Part shown: positions 38,877 to 47,668 of the stretch, piece by piece
Numbering within the stretch: the stretch's first letter is position 1
Layout of the letters: every line of letters begins with the position of its first letter
From: Myxococcota bacterium
GTDB lineage: Bacteria; Myxococcota_A; UBA796; SXON01
Assembly: GCA_040386535.1 (NCBI GenBank)
Contig: JAZKFH010000038.1
Location: 91,191 to 155,190 of the forward strand
DNA: 64,000 bases
Reading direction: 5' to 3'
Notes under the pieces: model-generated
What the model was told of the DNA's origin: nothing
The model's input: the letters and a program-made list of their open reading frames with translations, nothing else
The model's database searches: none
Translations under genes and position numbers: made by a program

Positions 38877-39487
38877 CGGAGGGGCTTATCCCCCCGCCGC
38901 CCGATGGCACGGGCCGGGACGCCCGCCACGATGTCGCCCGGCGCCACGTCCCGTGTCACCACCGCGCCCATGCCGACGACCGCGCCGTCGCCGATCGTGA
39001 CCCCGTCGGTGATGCCGACGTTGGCGCCGATCCAAACGTCGGCGCCGATGGTGATGCCCCGGGAGCGCACGGGCTGCTCGCGGATGGGGGTGCCCGCGGC
39101 CATGCCGTGGTCGAAGGCGTAGATCGTGCAGCCGGTGGCGATGCGGGTGCCGTCCCCGATGCGGACCCCGGCGCGGCCGCCGTCGATTGTCACACGCGGA
39201 TTCAGTGTCACGTTTCGGCCCAACGTGACAGGGCCGTGCACGAAGGCCTCGGCGGCGATTGACGCACCCTCTCCCACCACCACCTCGCGGTGCGGCTCCG
39301 CGAAGAGGTGGGCGGACGGCGCCACGAAACAATCGGGATGGAGCACCACACGCTCGAGCGCCACGAGCGTGGCATGCACCTCGGCCTGCCACGCCCGGGC
39401 CCAGGCGCGGTCGGCGTCCTTGAGCTGGAAGTAGAGCCACGGCATCCACGCCATGCGCTCGCGATGTTGGGCGCGTCGAGCTTCCAT
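38873..39487 (-). CDS. Hexapeptide-repeat (left-handed beta-helix) acyltransferase
   Basis: IG.GTRIA..C.IYAFDHG, IGADVWIGAN..I.DGVTIG.GAVVG.GAVVT.DV, AGVPAR. Confidence 0.9.
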   Translation of the reverse strand: MEARRAQHRERMAWMPWLYFQLKDADRAWARAWQAEVHATLVALERVVLHPDCFVAPSAHLFAEPHREVVVGEGASIAAEAFVHGPVTLGRNVTLNPRVTIDGGRAGVRIGDGTRIATGCTIYAFDHGMAAGTPIREQPVRSRGITIGADVWIGANVGITDGVTIGDGAVVGMGAVVTRDVAPGDIVAGVPARAIGRRGDKPLR

Positions 39488-39594
39488 GGGGCGGTTTAGC
39501 CCGGGCCATGCGCGTTCGCTCCGCGGAGGCAATTGTTGCGCCGTTGAGCGCCCACCAGAAAACGCGGCTATCGTCGGAGACCCCCGGACTTCCC

Positions 39595-40479
39595 ATGCCC
39601 CGCGCCTGGCTCCTCTTGTTGCCTCTCCTCGCCGGTTGCCCCAGCGAGGAGACCCTCTGCGACCCCTCGACCGAGACCGGGATCACCGGCGCGTGCGAGG
39701 AGTCCGAGCTGGCGATCATGGCCCTCTCCGAGACCGAGCTGGACTTCGGCGACGTGGCACCCGGGGAGGTGATCACGCGGACAGTCGACATCGTGAACGA
39801 CGGCGCCTTCCCCCTCGGCGTCTCCTCCCTCGAGATCGGCGACGTGACGGTCGACTTCGCGGTCACCTACGACCTCGACACCGCCACGTGCGCTCGGGTG
39901 CCCGACGCCGCCGATGCCGACAACTACGTGTTCGTCCTCGATCCCGGCTGCGCGTTCCCCGTGACCGTCACGTACACGGCGACCTCCCCCGGCGAGGTGT
40001 GGGACGCCCTCCTCGTCCGGAGCAACTGGCACATGGACCCGGTGACCAGCGGGTTCCAGGGCGATCTCGTCCACGGGCAGCGCGTGGTGTGGCTGCGCGG
40101 CGCCACGGACGGCGAGCCCGAGAGCGACACGTCGTACATCATCGGGAACGTCCTCTGGATGGAACAGACCGCGGTGCTCGAGGGCGAGACCATGCGGATG
40201 GGCGTCCGGGGCTACACTCCCGTCGGGAGTCCGATCGTGTACGAATGGTTGGCGGACGAAGGCGGCGGCACGTTTGTCGATCAGCACCTCGCCGAGGTGG
40301 AGTACACCGCTCCGGCTGTCGAAGGCATTGGCAAGAAGATGAATGTCTACGCCGTCACCTTCGACGAAAACGGCAACCAGGACTGGGTCTTCGGGAGTGT
40401 CGCCGTGTGGAACGAGGCCGCGCCACTCTACGGGGAGTGCCCCGACGCGGAGCCCGTGGACGAGGCCTGCGCGGAGTAG
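39595..40479 (+). CDS. Acidic lipoprotein with Ig-like (ASH/choice-of-anchor-like) domains
   Basis: LAGC lipobox; LDFGDV..G......I.N.G..PL.V. Confidence 0.7.
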   Translation: MPRAWLLLLPLLAGCPSEETLCDPSTETGITGACEESELAIMALSETELDFGDVAPGEVITRTVDIVNDGAFPLGVSSLEIGDVTVDFAVTYDLDTATCARVPDAADADNYVFVLDPGCAFPVTVTYTATSPGEVWDALLVRSNWHMDPVTSGFQGDLVHGQRVVWLRGATDGEPESDTSYIIGNVLWMEQTAVLEGETMRMGVRGYTPVGSPIVYEWLADEGGGTFVDQHLAEVEYTAPAVEGIGKKMNVYAVTFDENGNQDWVFGSVAVWNEAAPLYGECPDAEPVDEACAE

Positions 40480-40522
40480 CTGGGGCGCCACCTCCCCTCG
40501 CGACGATCAGCCGCCCACCCCA

Positions 40523-41878
40523 TCAGCCGCCCACCACCGCGCGGCGGATCCGCTCTTCCGTCGACACCGGCTCGCTGCCGGGGCCCGCGAGCGGTGTGAA
40601 CGCGGGGAAGCCCGCCGTGCGTCGGCCAGCGGCGTCCACCTGTCCGGGCCGGATGTCCGCGGCGCGCGCCGGCGCCAGCAAGGGATCGGGGCCGCTGGAT
40701 TGGGGGGCGATGGGTCGCCGTGCGGCGGGCGCGCGTGCCAGGGCGGCGGCGCTCGGGCCGGTCATCCCGGTGGCACGGGAGAACTGATCGGCCGCGCCGT
40801 TTGCCGCATCCACGGTGTGGGCGGCGATGTTGCTCGCGGCGGCGGCGGGGAGCACGAGCGCGGTGGCGGTGCGGCCGACGACCGGCGCAGCGCGGGGGTA
40901 GCGGCCGGCGAGCTGGGTCTCGAGGTCACGGCCGGTGTCCGCCGCCCACTCGGAGCCGCCCCGCTGCTCGCCCAGCCAGCCCTGTCGGCGGGTCGCGGCG
41001 TCGTCACCGGCGCCCTCGATGGCGTAGTTGCCGACCGCGCTCACCACGGCGCCCGGGGGCCCCGCCGCCGCGCCCAGGGTGCGCAGCACGCCCTGCGCGG
41101 TGCGCACGGTGCCGGCCTGCATCTGGTCGGGGTCAGAGGTGTGGGTGGCGATCTGGTTGATGCCGCGCGCGGTGTCGATGCCGCCGCGCACGCCGTCGAG
41201 CACGCGCGCGCCGGTGCCGAGGTGGCCCGCGGCCCGGCCCAACTGCCCCGCGGCGCCCCCGGTCTCGGCGGTGACGGCGGCGCCCCCGTTGACGACGGCG
41301 GCGGCGCGCCCGAGCACGTCGCGACCCGCGGTGGTGACACCACGCGCCCCCTGGGCCATCTCGCTCCCTGCCGCCAGCCGCTCGTCCGCGTTGGTGGCCC
41401 GGGAGAACGCTTCGCGCCCGGCGTTGGCCTGCATCACGCCCGCGGCGCCGCCGAGCACGGAGCCCGCGTTGCCGAGGTGGGCGCTGGCCCGGTTCGTGTC
41501 CCCATGGTTCGCCCACGTCGCCGCGCTCGACGCGTTGCCGAGCAGCTCTCCGGCGCCGGAGACCGCCGCGCGACCGTCGTTCTCGGAGCGCCCGCGCACG
41601 CCGTCCACCACGGCGCCCGCATTGCTCGCCACGTCGCGGGTGGTGGACACCACGTCGCGCGTGTCACGGCCCACGCCGAGCAGGCGCCCGAGCTCTTCAC
41701 GGCGCGACGTGTGGGACGTGAGCGGCGGGCCCGCGGCCGGCGTCGCGGCGCGCACGCGCTCCTGCATCACCTCGTTCGAGACAGCCGCCCGCGGGGCGAT
41801 CGGGGCTGGGGCGGACACGGTCGGGCGGGCCACCTGCGTCGGCAGGCGTTGTTGCTGGGTTCCCATTGTGCTCTCCAC
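40523..41878 (-). CDS. Gly/Ala-rich hypothetical protein with internal repeats
   Basis: Long ORF, repeated HLG..G.VL.G..G segments, amphipathic helices. Confidence 0.65.
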   Translation of the reverse strand: MESTMGTQQQRLPTQVARPTVSAPAPIAPRAAVSNEVMQERVRAATPAAGPPLTSHTSRREELGRLLGVGRDTRDVVSTTRDVASNAGAVVDGVRGRSENDGRAAVSGAGELLGNASSAATWANHGDTNRASAHLGNAGSVLGGAAGVMQANAGREAFSRATNADERLAAGSEMAQGARGVTTAGRDVLGRAAAVVNGGAAVTAETGGAAGQLGRAAGHLGTGARVLDGVRGGIDTARGINQIATHTSDPDQMQAGTVRTAQGVLRTLGAAAGPPGAVVSAVGNYAIEGAGDDAATRRQGWLGEQRGGSEWAADTGRDLETQLAGRYPRAAPVVGRTATALVLPAAAASNIAAHTVDAANGAADQFSRATGMTGPSAAALARAPAARRPIAPQSSGPDPLLAPARAADIRPGQVDAAGRRTAGFPAFTPLAGPGSEPVSTEERIRRAVVGG

Positions 41879-41910
41879 GAGAGCAGATATCGGTCCCGCC
41901 GCGGAGCTCC

Positions 41911-41938
41911 GGTGACCGTTCGGTGATCTCGTGGTGAT
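41911..41938 (-). promoter_or_regulatory. Three hexamer direct repeats at 11-bp spacing (winged-helix-type binding site)
   Basis: GGTGAC 41911, GGTGAT 41922, GGTGAT 41933; upstream of 40523-41878 and next to an OmpR-type wHTH gene. Confidence 0.55.
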
Positions 41939-41956
41939 CCCGTTTGGGACGCCGGG

Positions 41957-44434
41957 TTATCGCCCCGTCGACCTCGCCTCTTCGAGCGTGACCTCCACGA
42001 ACCGGGCCTCCGATCGCGCGCGCATCGAGCCGCCGGAGGCCCGCGCGATCGCCGCCGTCAACACCGGCACGAGCGCGGCCAGCACGGGCTCGTCGTGCCC
42101 GGTCGCGAGCGCCTGGAGCGTCGCGAGGCCGTCGCGCGCGTCCGCGAGGCTGCCGGCTTCGGCGTCGACCCCGACCCGTGCGGCGAGCAAGAGGCCCCGG
42201 TGGCGCACGGGGATCGGCGCGTACGCCAGGCCGCGGTCGATCCAGGAGCGCGCGGCGGCGGCGCGCCCCGCGAACCGCGCGGTCGTCGCGAGCCCCCAGC
42301 ACGCCCAGCTCGCGAGGCGCGCGTTCGTGTCGGCCTCCTGGAGCAGGCGCCCGAAGCCGGCAGCCGCGACGTCGAGGCGGCCCGCGAGGAGCGCGGCGGT
42401 GGCGCGGTTGCCGGCCGCGACCGTCGCGAGCATCGGGAGGCCGGCGCTCCGCGTGGCGGACTCCACGGCGGCGAAGGCGGCCTCGGCGGTGTCCGCGCGG
42501 CCGGCGTCGAGGTGGGCGGCGGCGAGGTTCAGCCGAAGGGTGTAGGTCTGCGACGGCAGGCCCAGGGCTTCGTACGTGGCAAGCGCGAGCTCGAGCAGCT
42601 CGGTGGCCTCCTTCGGCTCGCCCGCGTGCAGGTGGCCGACGGCCTGGTTCGCGAGGAGCACGGCGCGGGGCAGATCGGCGTCGGCGGGGAGGCCGGCGAG
42701 GGCCGCGCGGAGCACCCGTTGGGCCCCTCCCGCGTCGCCGGCACGCCGGAGCACGATGGCGTAGGCGTTGGCGGCCGTGGCGGCGCAGACGGGGTCCCCG
42801 AGGGTCTCCGCCTCGGATGCCAGGGCGCGTGCCTGCTCCCGCACATCGACGGCGCCTGCGTCGGCGCGCGCCGCGAGCAGAATTGCCTCGGCCCGCGCCA
42901 CCTCCGCACGCGGCACCTTGGCGAGCCCCCGGCCAGCTGCGCCTGCCTGGGCGGCCACCGCGTCCAGATCGGCGCGCGCGCGCTCGGTCAGGCCTCCCCG
43001 CGCCGCCAGGGCCGCGCGACGCACGCGCAGGATCGGGGCCTCCGCGCCGTCGAGGAGCCGCAGGCCCGCGGGGACGTCTCCCACCACGTCGAGCAGGGTG
43101 GCCGCCACGAGCAGCGCGTCGGGCGTGCCGATGGCCGCGAGCTCCGGGAGCCAGCGCCGCAGGGTGGGGATGGCGCCGGGGTCGGGGCGCGACGGCAGGC
43201 GCGCCGCGAGGGGCGTGAGCCGGGGGACGAGGGCGGCGGCGAGCCGGGCCAGGGCTGCGGCACGGGCCTCGGGCTCACGCACGGCGAGCCACGCCCGCAG
43301 GCTCTCCCCGAGGTGGAACCCGCCCGCGTGTGCGCCCACCAGGGCGTGCGCGAGCAGCCGCTCGAGCGCGGTGCCAATCCAGGCGGCCCCTGTCGGCACC
43401 GTGCCCGCAGCCCCCGGCTCCGCCACCCCCTCCGCGTCCGCCAGGGAGAAGGGCCCCGAGAACACGGAGAGCGCGACCAGCGCGCGCCGGTCCGCAGGGT
43501 CGAGCTGGTCCCACGACCACGCGAACATCGCGTCCAGGTCGGGCATGACCACGAAGCGGGCGTGCAGCCGCCCCAGCAGCACGTCCGGCGGCAGCACGGG
43601 CGCCCGGGCCGCCGCTAGCTCGACGGCGCGCGGGTTGTGGTCGAGCCGGGCCACGAGGGCGCGCAGCTCGGGCGTGTCCGTGACGAGGGTGCCCGTTCGC
43701 GACGCCTCGCTCCGGTAGAGCGCCGCCGCCTCGTCCGAGGAGAGCGGCAGGACTGGCAGCACCCGCTCCTGCGGCAGGTCGAGCGTGCGCCGGGAGGTCA
43801 CGACGATCCGAAGCGCAGGCGCATGTTCCAGCCAGCCCGGGAGGACGCCGCGGAGCGCCTCGACGGCCCCTTCCGCCCCGTCGAGCAGCACCGGCTGGGT
43901 GCGCGCGGCGAGCCCGGCGGCGACGGCCGCGTTCCCCGAGTGTCCGAGCGCAAGCGCGGTGGCAACGGCCTCCTCGACCGACACCCCCACCCGGAGCGGC
44001 ACCCGGAGCGCGGAGAGCCGCGCGGCGAGCCAGCTCTTGCCGATGCCGGCGGGGCCGTGGAGCGTCACCACGCGATGGTGCGCGACCGCGTCCTGGAGGG
44101 CCACCAGCCGCGGGTCGGCCTCGTCGCCCATCCGGACGACCGGCGCCACGAACCGGTAGCCGCGGCGGGGCACGGTCTCCACGAACCGGGGCGCCGCCTC
44201 GTCGTCCTCCAGGGCGGTGCGCAGCTTGCGCAGCGTCTGGGTGACCGCCGACTCGCCCACGGCAACCCCCCACACCTCCCGCATGAGCCGCCCGCGCTCG
44301 AGCAGATCCCCGGGGTGCGACACGAGGTGGTGGAGCACCTCGAGCACCCGCGGCTGCGCCGGCACCTCGGCCCCCGCGCGGGTGAGCCGCCACTGGCGGG
44401 TGTCGAGCTCGAACTCGCCGAATTGGTAGCGCAT
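41957..44434 (-). CDS. Winged-helix (OmpR/CadC-type) + STAND ATPase + TPR regulator
   Basis: FGEFELD..; LRTALED....PRFVETVPRRGYRF; GPAGIGKS; VTSR; P.AVELAAAR; WSW.QL; TPR-like C-terminus. Confidence 0.88.
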   Translation of the reverse strand: MRYQFGEFELDTRQWRLTRAGAEVPAQPRVLEVLHHLVSHPGDLLERGRLMREVWGVAVGESAVTQTLRKLRTALEDDEAAPRFVETVPRRGYRFVAPVVRMGDEADPRLVALQDAVAHHRVVTLHGPAGIGKSWLAARLSALRVPLRVGVSVEEAVATALALGHSGNAAVAAGLAARTQPVLLDGAEGAVEALRGVLPGWLEHAPALRIVVTSRRTLDLPQERVLPVLPLSSDEAAALYRSEASRTGTLVTDTPELRALVARLDHNPRAVELAAARAPVLPPDVLLGRLHARFVVMPDLDAMFAWSWDQLDPADRRALVALSVFSGPFSLADAEGVAEPGAAGTVPTGAAWIGTALERLLAHALVGAHAGGFHLGESLRAWLAVREPEARAAALARLAAALVPRLTPLAARLPSRPDPGAIPTLRRWLPELAAIGTPDALLVAATLLDVVGDVPAGLRLLDGAEAPILRVRRAALAARGGLTERARADLDAVAAQAGAAGRGLAKVPRAEVARAEAILLAARADAGAVDVREQARALASEAETLGDPVCAATAANAYAIVLRRAGDAGGAQRVLRAALAGLPADADLPRAVLLANQAVGHLHAGEPKEATELLELALATYEALGLPSQTYTLRLNLAAAHLDAGRADTAEAAFAAVESATRSAGLPMLATVAAGNRATAALLAGRLDVAAAGFGRLLQEADTNARLASWACWGLATTARFAGRAAAARSWIDRGLAYAPIPVRHRGLLLAARVGVDAEAGSLADARDGLATLQALATGHDEPVLAALVPVLTAAIARASGGSMRARSEARFVEVTLEEARSTGR

Positions 44435-44487
44435 TCCGGAGGGGGGTGGGCGGCGAGTCTAACCGATGTGTCGGCGCTCCCTCCTCG

Positions 44488-45936
44488 TCAGGACGGCCCG
44501 CGCGGCTCCACGCGCTGCACGGGCGGCGGCGCCCAGGTACCGTCGAGCACGCGCTCCTCGGGCCAATACAGCCGCATCATCAGTTGGAAATCCTCCTTGG
44601 GGGCCGGCAGCCAGTTGTTCTCCAGCGCCTTGCCCGGTGACACGTCCTGGATGTACAAGTCGAGCGAACCATCGGCGTTGTACTTCAGATCCTGGCGCGG
44701 GCTGATGCTGTAGCGCTGGATTGGGTTCTCCACGAAGAAGAACGCCGGATCGTACAGCGTGACGGACCAGAAGCCCTCGACGGGGGGCGTCTCTCCCTTC
44801 TCGAAGTGGAGCACGTAGGCGTTCTCCCCGTCGAGCGGCCGCCCCTCCCCGTCCACCGTGGTCACCGGGTACACCGCGTCCGCCGGGAGGTTGGCGCCCA
44901 GGCCCGCCGCCGCGACGAAGGCGCGCTGCAGGTAGTCGGTGCCGTACTTGCCCGTGTCGGTCATCACGGTCCAACCGTTGACCTCGCGGCCCGCCTTGGC
45001 CTTCTGGTTCATGATCTGTTGGAGCGCGGCCTCGGGCGCGTCCTCGACCGCGGCGCGGACCGTCGCGTCCGGTGGCGTGAACGGCTGCCCGGCGACGATG
45101 CCGATCCTCTCCATCCGCGCGACCATCGTCGCGTCGTCCTCGGCGGGCGGGTTGTCCGCCATGAGCGTCGCGAGGCGGCCGAAGAACTCCTCGCCACTCA
45201 GCGCGTGCACCTGGTCGCGCACCGCCGTCTTCATGTCGACGTTGGGATCGACCGTGCCGGGCGGCGGCGTGTACGGCGTGCCGTAGGCCTCGAGCGGCAC
45301 GAGCTGGTATTGGTCCTGCAACGCGTGCACGGCGGCGTAGTCATCGGGCGTGCCCGTCGAATAGGTCCGGCCGAGGATCCACACCAGGTTGGTGGGTGCC
45401 GCGACCCGTGTCATCCCCTCGGGAACGTCGCCTTCCCACCCCGGTCCTGTCAACAGGTACGTCTGGGCCTTGGTGCCGGTGGTGCGCGTGCCGGGTACGT
45501 CGAACACCTCCGTCCACGCCGACAGCATGGGCATCAGGTAGTAGCGGTCGCCCTCCGCGGGCAGGCTCAGCACCATCGGCTGCGCTCCGAGATCGAGCCA
45601 CGCCGTCGAATAGAGGGTATCCGCGTTGGGCGCCGTGACGGTACGGAACGAAGCGTCCGGGTACTGGCGGAGATTGGCGAATTGCCCCATGGGGGCCTTC
45701 CCGCCTTCCGGCTTCTCCACGTTGGTGGAGACGCGCCGTGTCAGGTCCATCGTCACGATCGGGTAGCCGTAGATGTAGGCGTCGATCGCGGCGGCGCGGG
45801 CCTCCTCCTCCTCGTCGGTCGCGGGCGCGGCGACGGTCTCTGGGGACGCGGCGGGGGCCTCTTCGGGGGCCGGGCCGGGCCCGCGTGCGAGGCAGGCTTG
45901 GGAGAAGAGGAGAACGGTACAGAGAGGGGCTTTCAT
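44488..45936 (-). CDS. DUF1254/DUF1214 lipoprotein
   Basis: AYIYGYP, PNADTLYS.AWLDL, YGTDYL.RA, FWSVTLY, NWLPAP..MRLYWP. Confidence 0.92.
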   Translation of the reverse strand: MKAPLCTVLLFSQACLARGPGPAPEEAPAASPETVAAPATDEEEEARAAAIDAYIYGYPIVTMDLTRRVSTNVEKPEGGKAPMGQFANLRQYPDASFRTVTAPNADTLYSTAWLDLGAQPMVLSLPAEGDRYYLMPMLSAWTEVFDVPGTRTTGTKAQTYLLTGPGWEGDVPEGMTRVAAPTNLVWILGRTYSTGTPDDYAAVHALQDQYQLVPLEAYGTPYTPPPGTVDPNVDMKTAVRDQVHALSGEEFFGRLATLMADNPPAEDDATMVARMERIGIVAGQPFTPPDATVRAAVEDAPEAALQQIMNQKAKAGREVNGWTVMTDTGKYGTDYLQRAFVAAAGLGANLPADAVYPVTTVDGEGRPLDGENAYVLHFEKGETPPVEGFWSVTLYDPAFFFVENPIQRYSISPRQDLKYNADGSLDLYIQDVSPGKALENNWLPAPKEDFQLMMRLYWPEERVLDGTWAPPPVQRVEPRGPS

Positions 45937-45985
45937 GCCTGGGTTGTAGGCACCCGGCCAGGCGGGGGTTGTCGGGAAGGTTCAC

Positions 45986-46146
45986 GGGGGCGCAGCCCGC
46001 GGGGACGCGGGCCGGGTGCCTTGCGGGGTCGGGCTTCGCCCTCCGTCGTCCGGCCGCGCGCCGGCCGACGGGCGCGGGCCACAGACATGGGGGTGTGCAT
46101 CGACGCCCGCGCGGCCCGCGCCCCCCTCCAGTCTCCCTTGCGCGGG
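45986..46146 (-). repeat. Dispersed structured element copy
   Basis: CCCGCG ca AGG..GGGG GGCGCGGGCC..GGCCCGCGCC CGTC..GACG gag..CCCC gcaag. Confidence 0.75.
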
Positions 46147-46246
46147 GTGGCCTTCGGCCCATCTCCCCCGCGTCGTGCGCAAGCAAGGCCCGCGTTCGTG
46201 GTGCACCGCCCCGCGCCTCGGTAAGAGTGCCGACCTACGGGAAAGC

Positions 46247-47608
46247 ATGATCCGCCAACACAAGGTCGCGCAGGCGCTCGGGCAGCTGTCCAAGGGTGAA
46301 CTACAAGGTCTGGTCGCGCTGTTCGAGCTGCCGGGGACCTGGTCGCGCGCCACCAAGGACGATCTCGCGCAGGCCCTCTCCGAGCTCGAGCCGGGCGACC
46401 TGTTCGACGCCATCGCGCGCGACCGGCTCCGCGCCATGCTCGTCGCGCTCGACCTCCCCGCGTCGGGCCTCAAGGCGGAGCTCGTCGAGCGCCTCGCCGT
46501 TGCGTGCGGCGCGGCGCCGTCGGACCGAAGTGAGGAAGCGGCAGACGAACCCGACGACGACGAGGAGGAGGACCCGGCGCAGGTCCGCCTCGCCGAAGTG
46601 CTCGCGGAGGCGTTCAGCCGGGATTTGCTGGTGGAGATCGCGGTCGATCGCCTCGGCGACGAGGACGTTCGCGCAGGCTGGTCGGGGATGCGCGTCGCGC
46701 GGGAGCTTGTCCGCTACCAGGACGAGGACCTGGGACGCGCCTTGCGTGTCGACGACGTGCAGCACCTTCTGGCGGCGCGGGGCCTGCCCACGCAGGGTCG
46801 TAAAGCGGAGCTGTTCGCCGCGCTGCTCGCGTGGGCGGCCGAGGAGCCGGCGACGGCGGTGGCGCCGCCCCCGGCGTTTGCCGCGTTGATGGTGGGGCCT
46901 GGCGCGACAGGCGTCCACACGCTCAAGGCGGTGCTCATCGGGAACCAATCGTACGGGGGTGCGGACGGCCTCAACAACCCCGCGAAGGACGTGCGCGACC
47001 TCGCGGCGGTGCTCCGCGGCCTGGGACACGAGGTGTCCGCACACCTCGATCTGGACGCCAAGGGCATGAAGAAGGTGCTGCGCGACTTCGCCAAGGGCCT
47101 CACGGACACCGACGCCGTGTTGTTCTACTTCTCGGGGCACGGCCTCGAACACCACGGCCGGAACTGGCTGCTTCCCGTCGACTTCGGAGACGCGCAGCCG
47201 GAGGAGCTGCCCGACGAGGCCGTCGACGTGGAGCGCGTGCTCCGGATGTTCAGCCACCAGCGCTTCCGGGTGTGCATCCTCGACGCGTGCCGCTACAACA
47301 CCTATGGGACGAGGATGCGCGGGGCCAGCGGCGCTGGTTTGGGAGCCATCGCGCCGCCCGATCCGGAGGGCACTGAGGGCACGCTGATCTGCTTCGCCAC
47401 GGCGCCGGGCCGGGTCGCGAGCGACGGCGTGCCCGGCACCAACGGGCTGTACACCGCCGCGCTGCTGGCGAGCCTGCCCGTGCCCGGCAGGCGGATCGAG
47501 GATGTGCTCAAGGCGGTCCGCAAGCGCGTGTCCGACGCCACCGCCGGGAAGCAGGTTCCGTGGGAGCACAGCAGCCTGACCGGCGATTGGTACCCGGCCG
47601 GGATGTGA
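46247..47608 (+). CDS. Caspase-family (peptidase C14) protein with N-terminal SAP-like domains
   Basis: LR..L..LDLPASGLKAELVERL and L.ARGLPTQGRKAEL; LIGN..Y, FYFSGHG, ILDACR, Q.PW. Confidence 0.85.
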   Translation: MIRQHKVAQALGQLSKGELQGLVALFELPGTWSRATKDDLAQALSELEPGDLFDAIARDRLRAMLVALDLPASGLKAELVERLAVACGAAPSDRSEEAADEPDDDEEEDPAQVRLAEVLAEAFSRDLLVEIAVDRLGDEDVRAGWSGMRVARELVRYQDEDLGRALRVDDVQHLLAARGLPTQGRKAELFAALLAWAAEEPATAVAPPPAFAALMVGPGATGVHTLKAVLIGNQSYGGADGLNNPAKDVRDLAAVLRGLGHEVSAHLDLDAKGMKKVLRDFAKGLTDTDAVLFYFSGHGLEHHGRNWLLPVDFGDAQPEELPDEAVDVERVLRMFSHQRFRVCILDACRYNTYGTRMRGASGAGLGAIAPPDPEGTEGTLICFATAPGRVASDGVPGTNGLYTAALLASLPVPGRRIEDVLKAVRKRVSDATAGKQVPWEHSSLTGDWYPAGM

Positions 47609-47668
47609 CCCACGCGGCGGTCGGCGCCGCGCCGGGCACCGCCGCGCGCGTGGTCGCCCAAACCAAAT

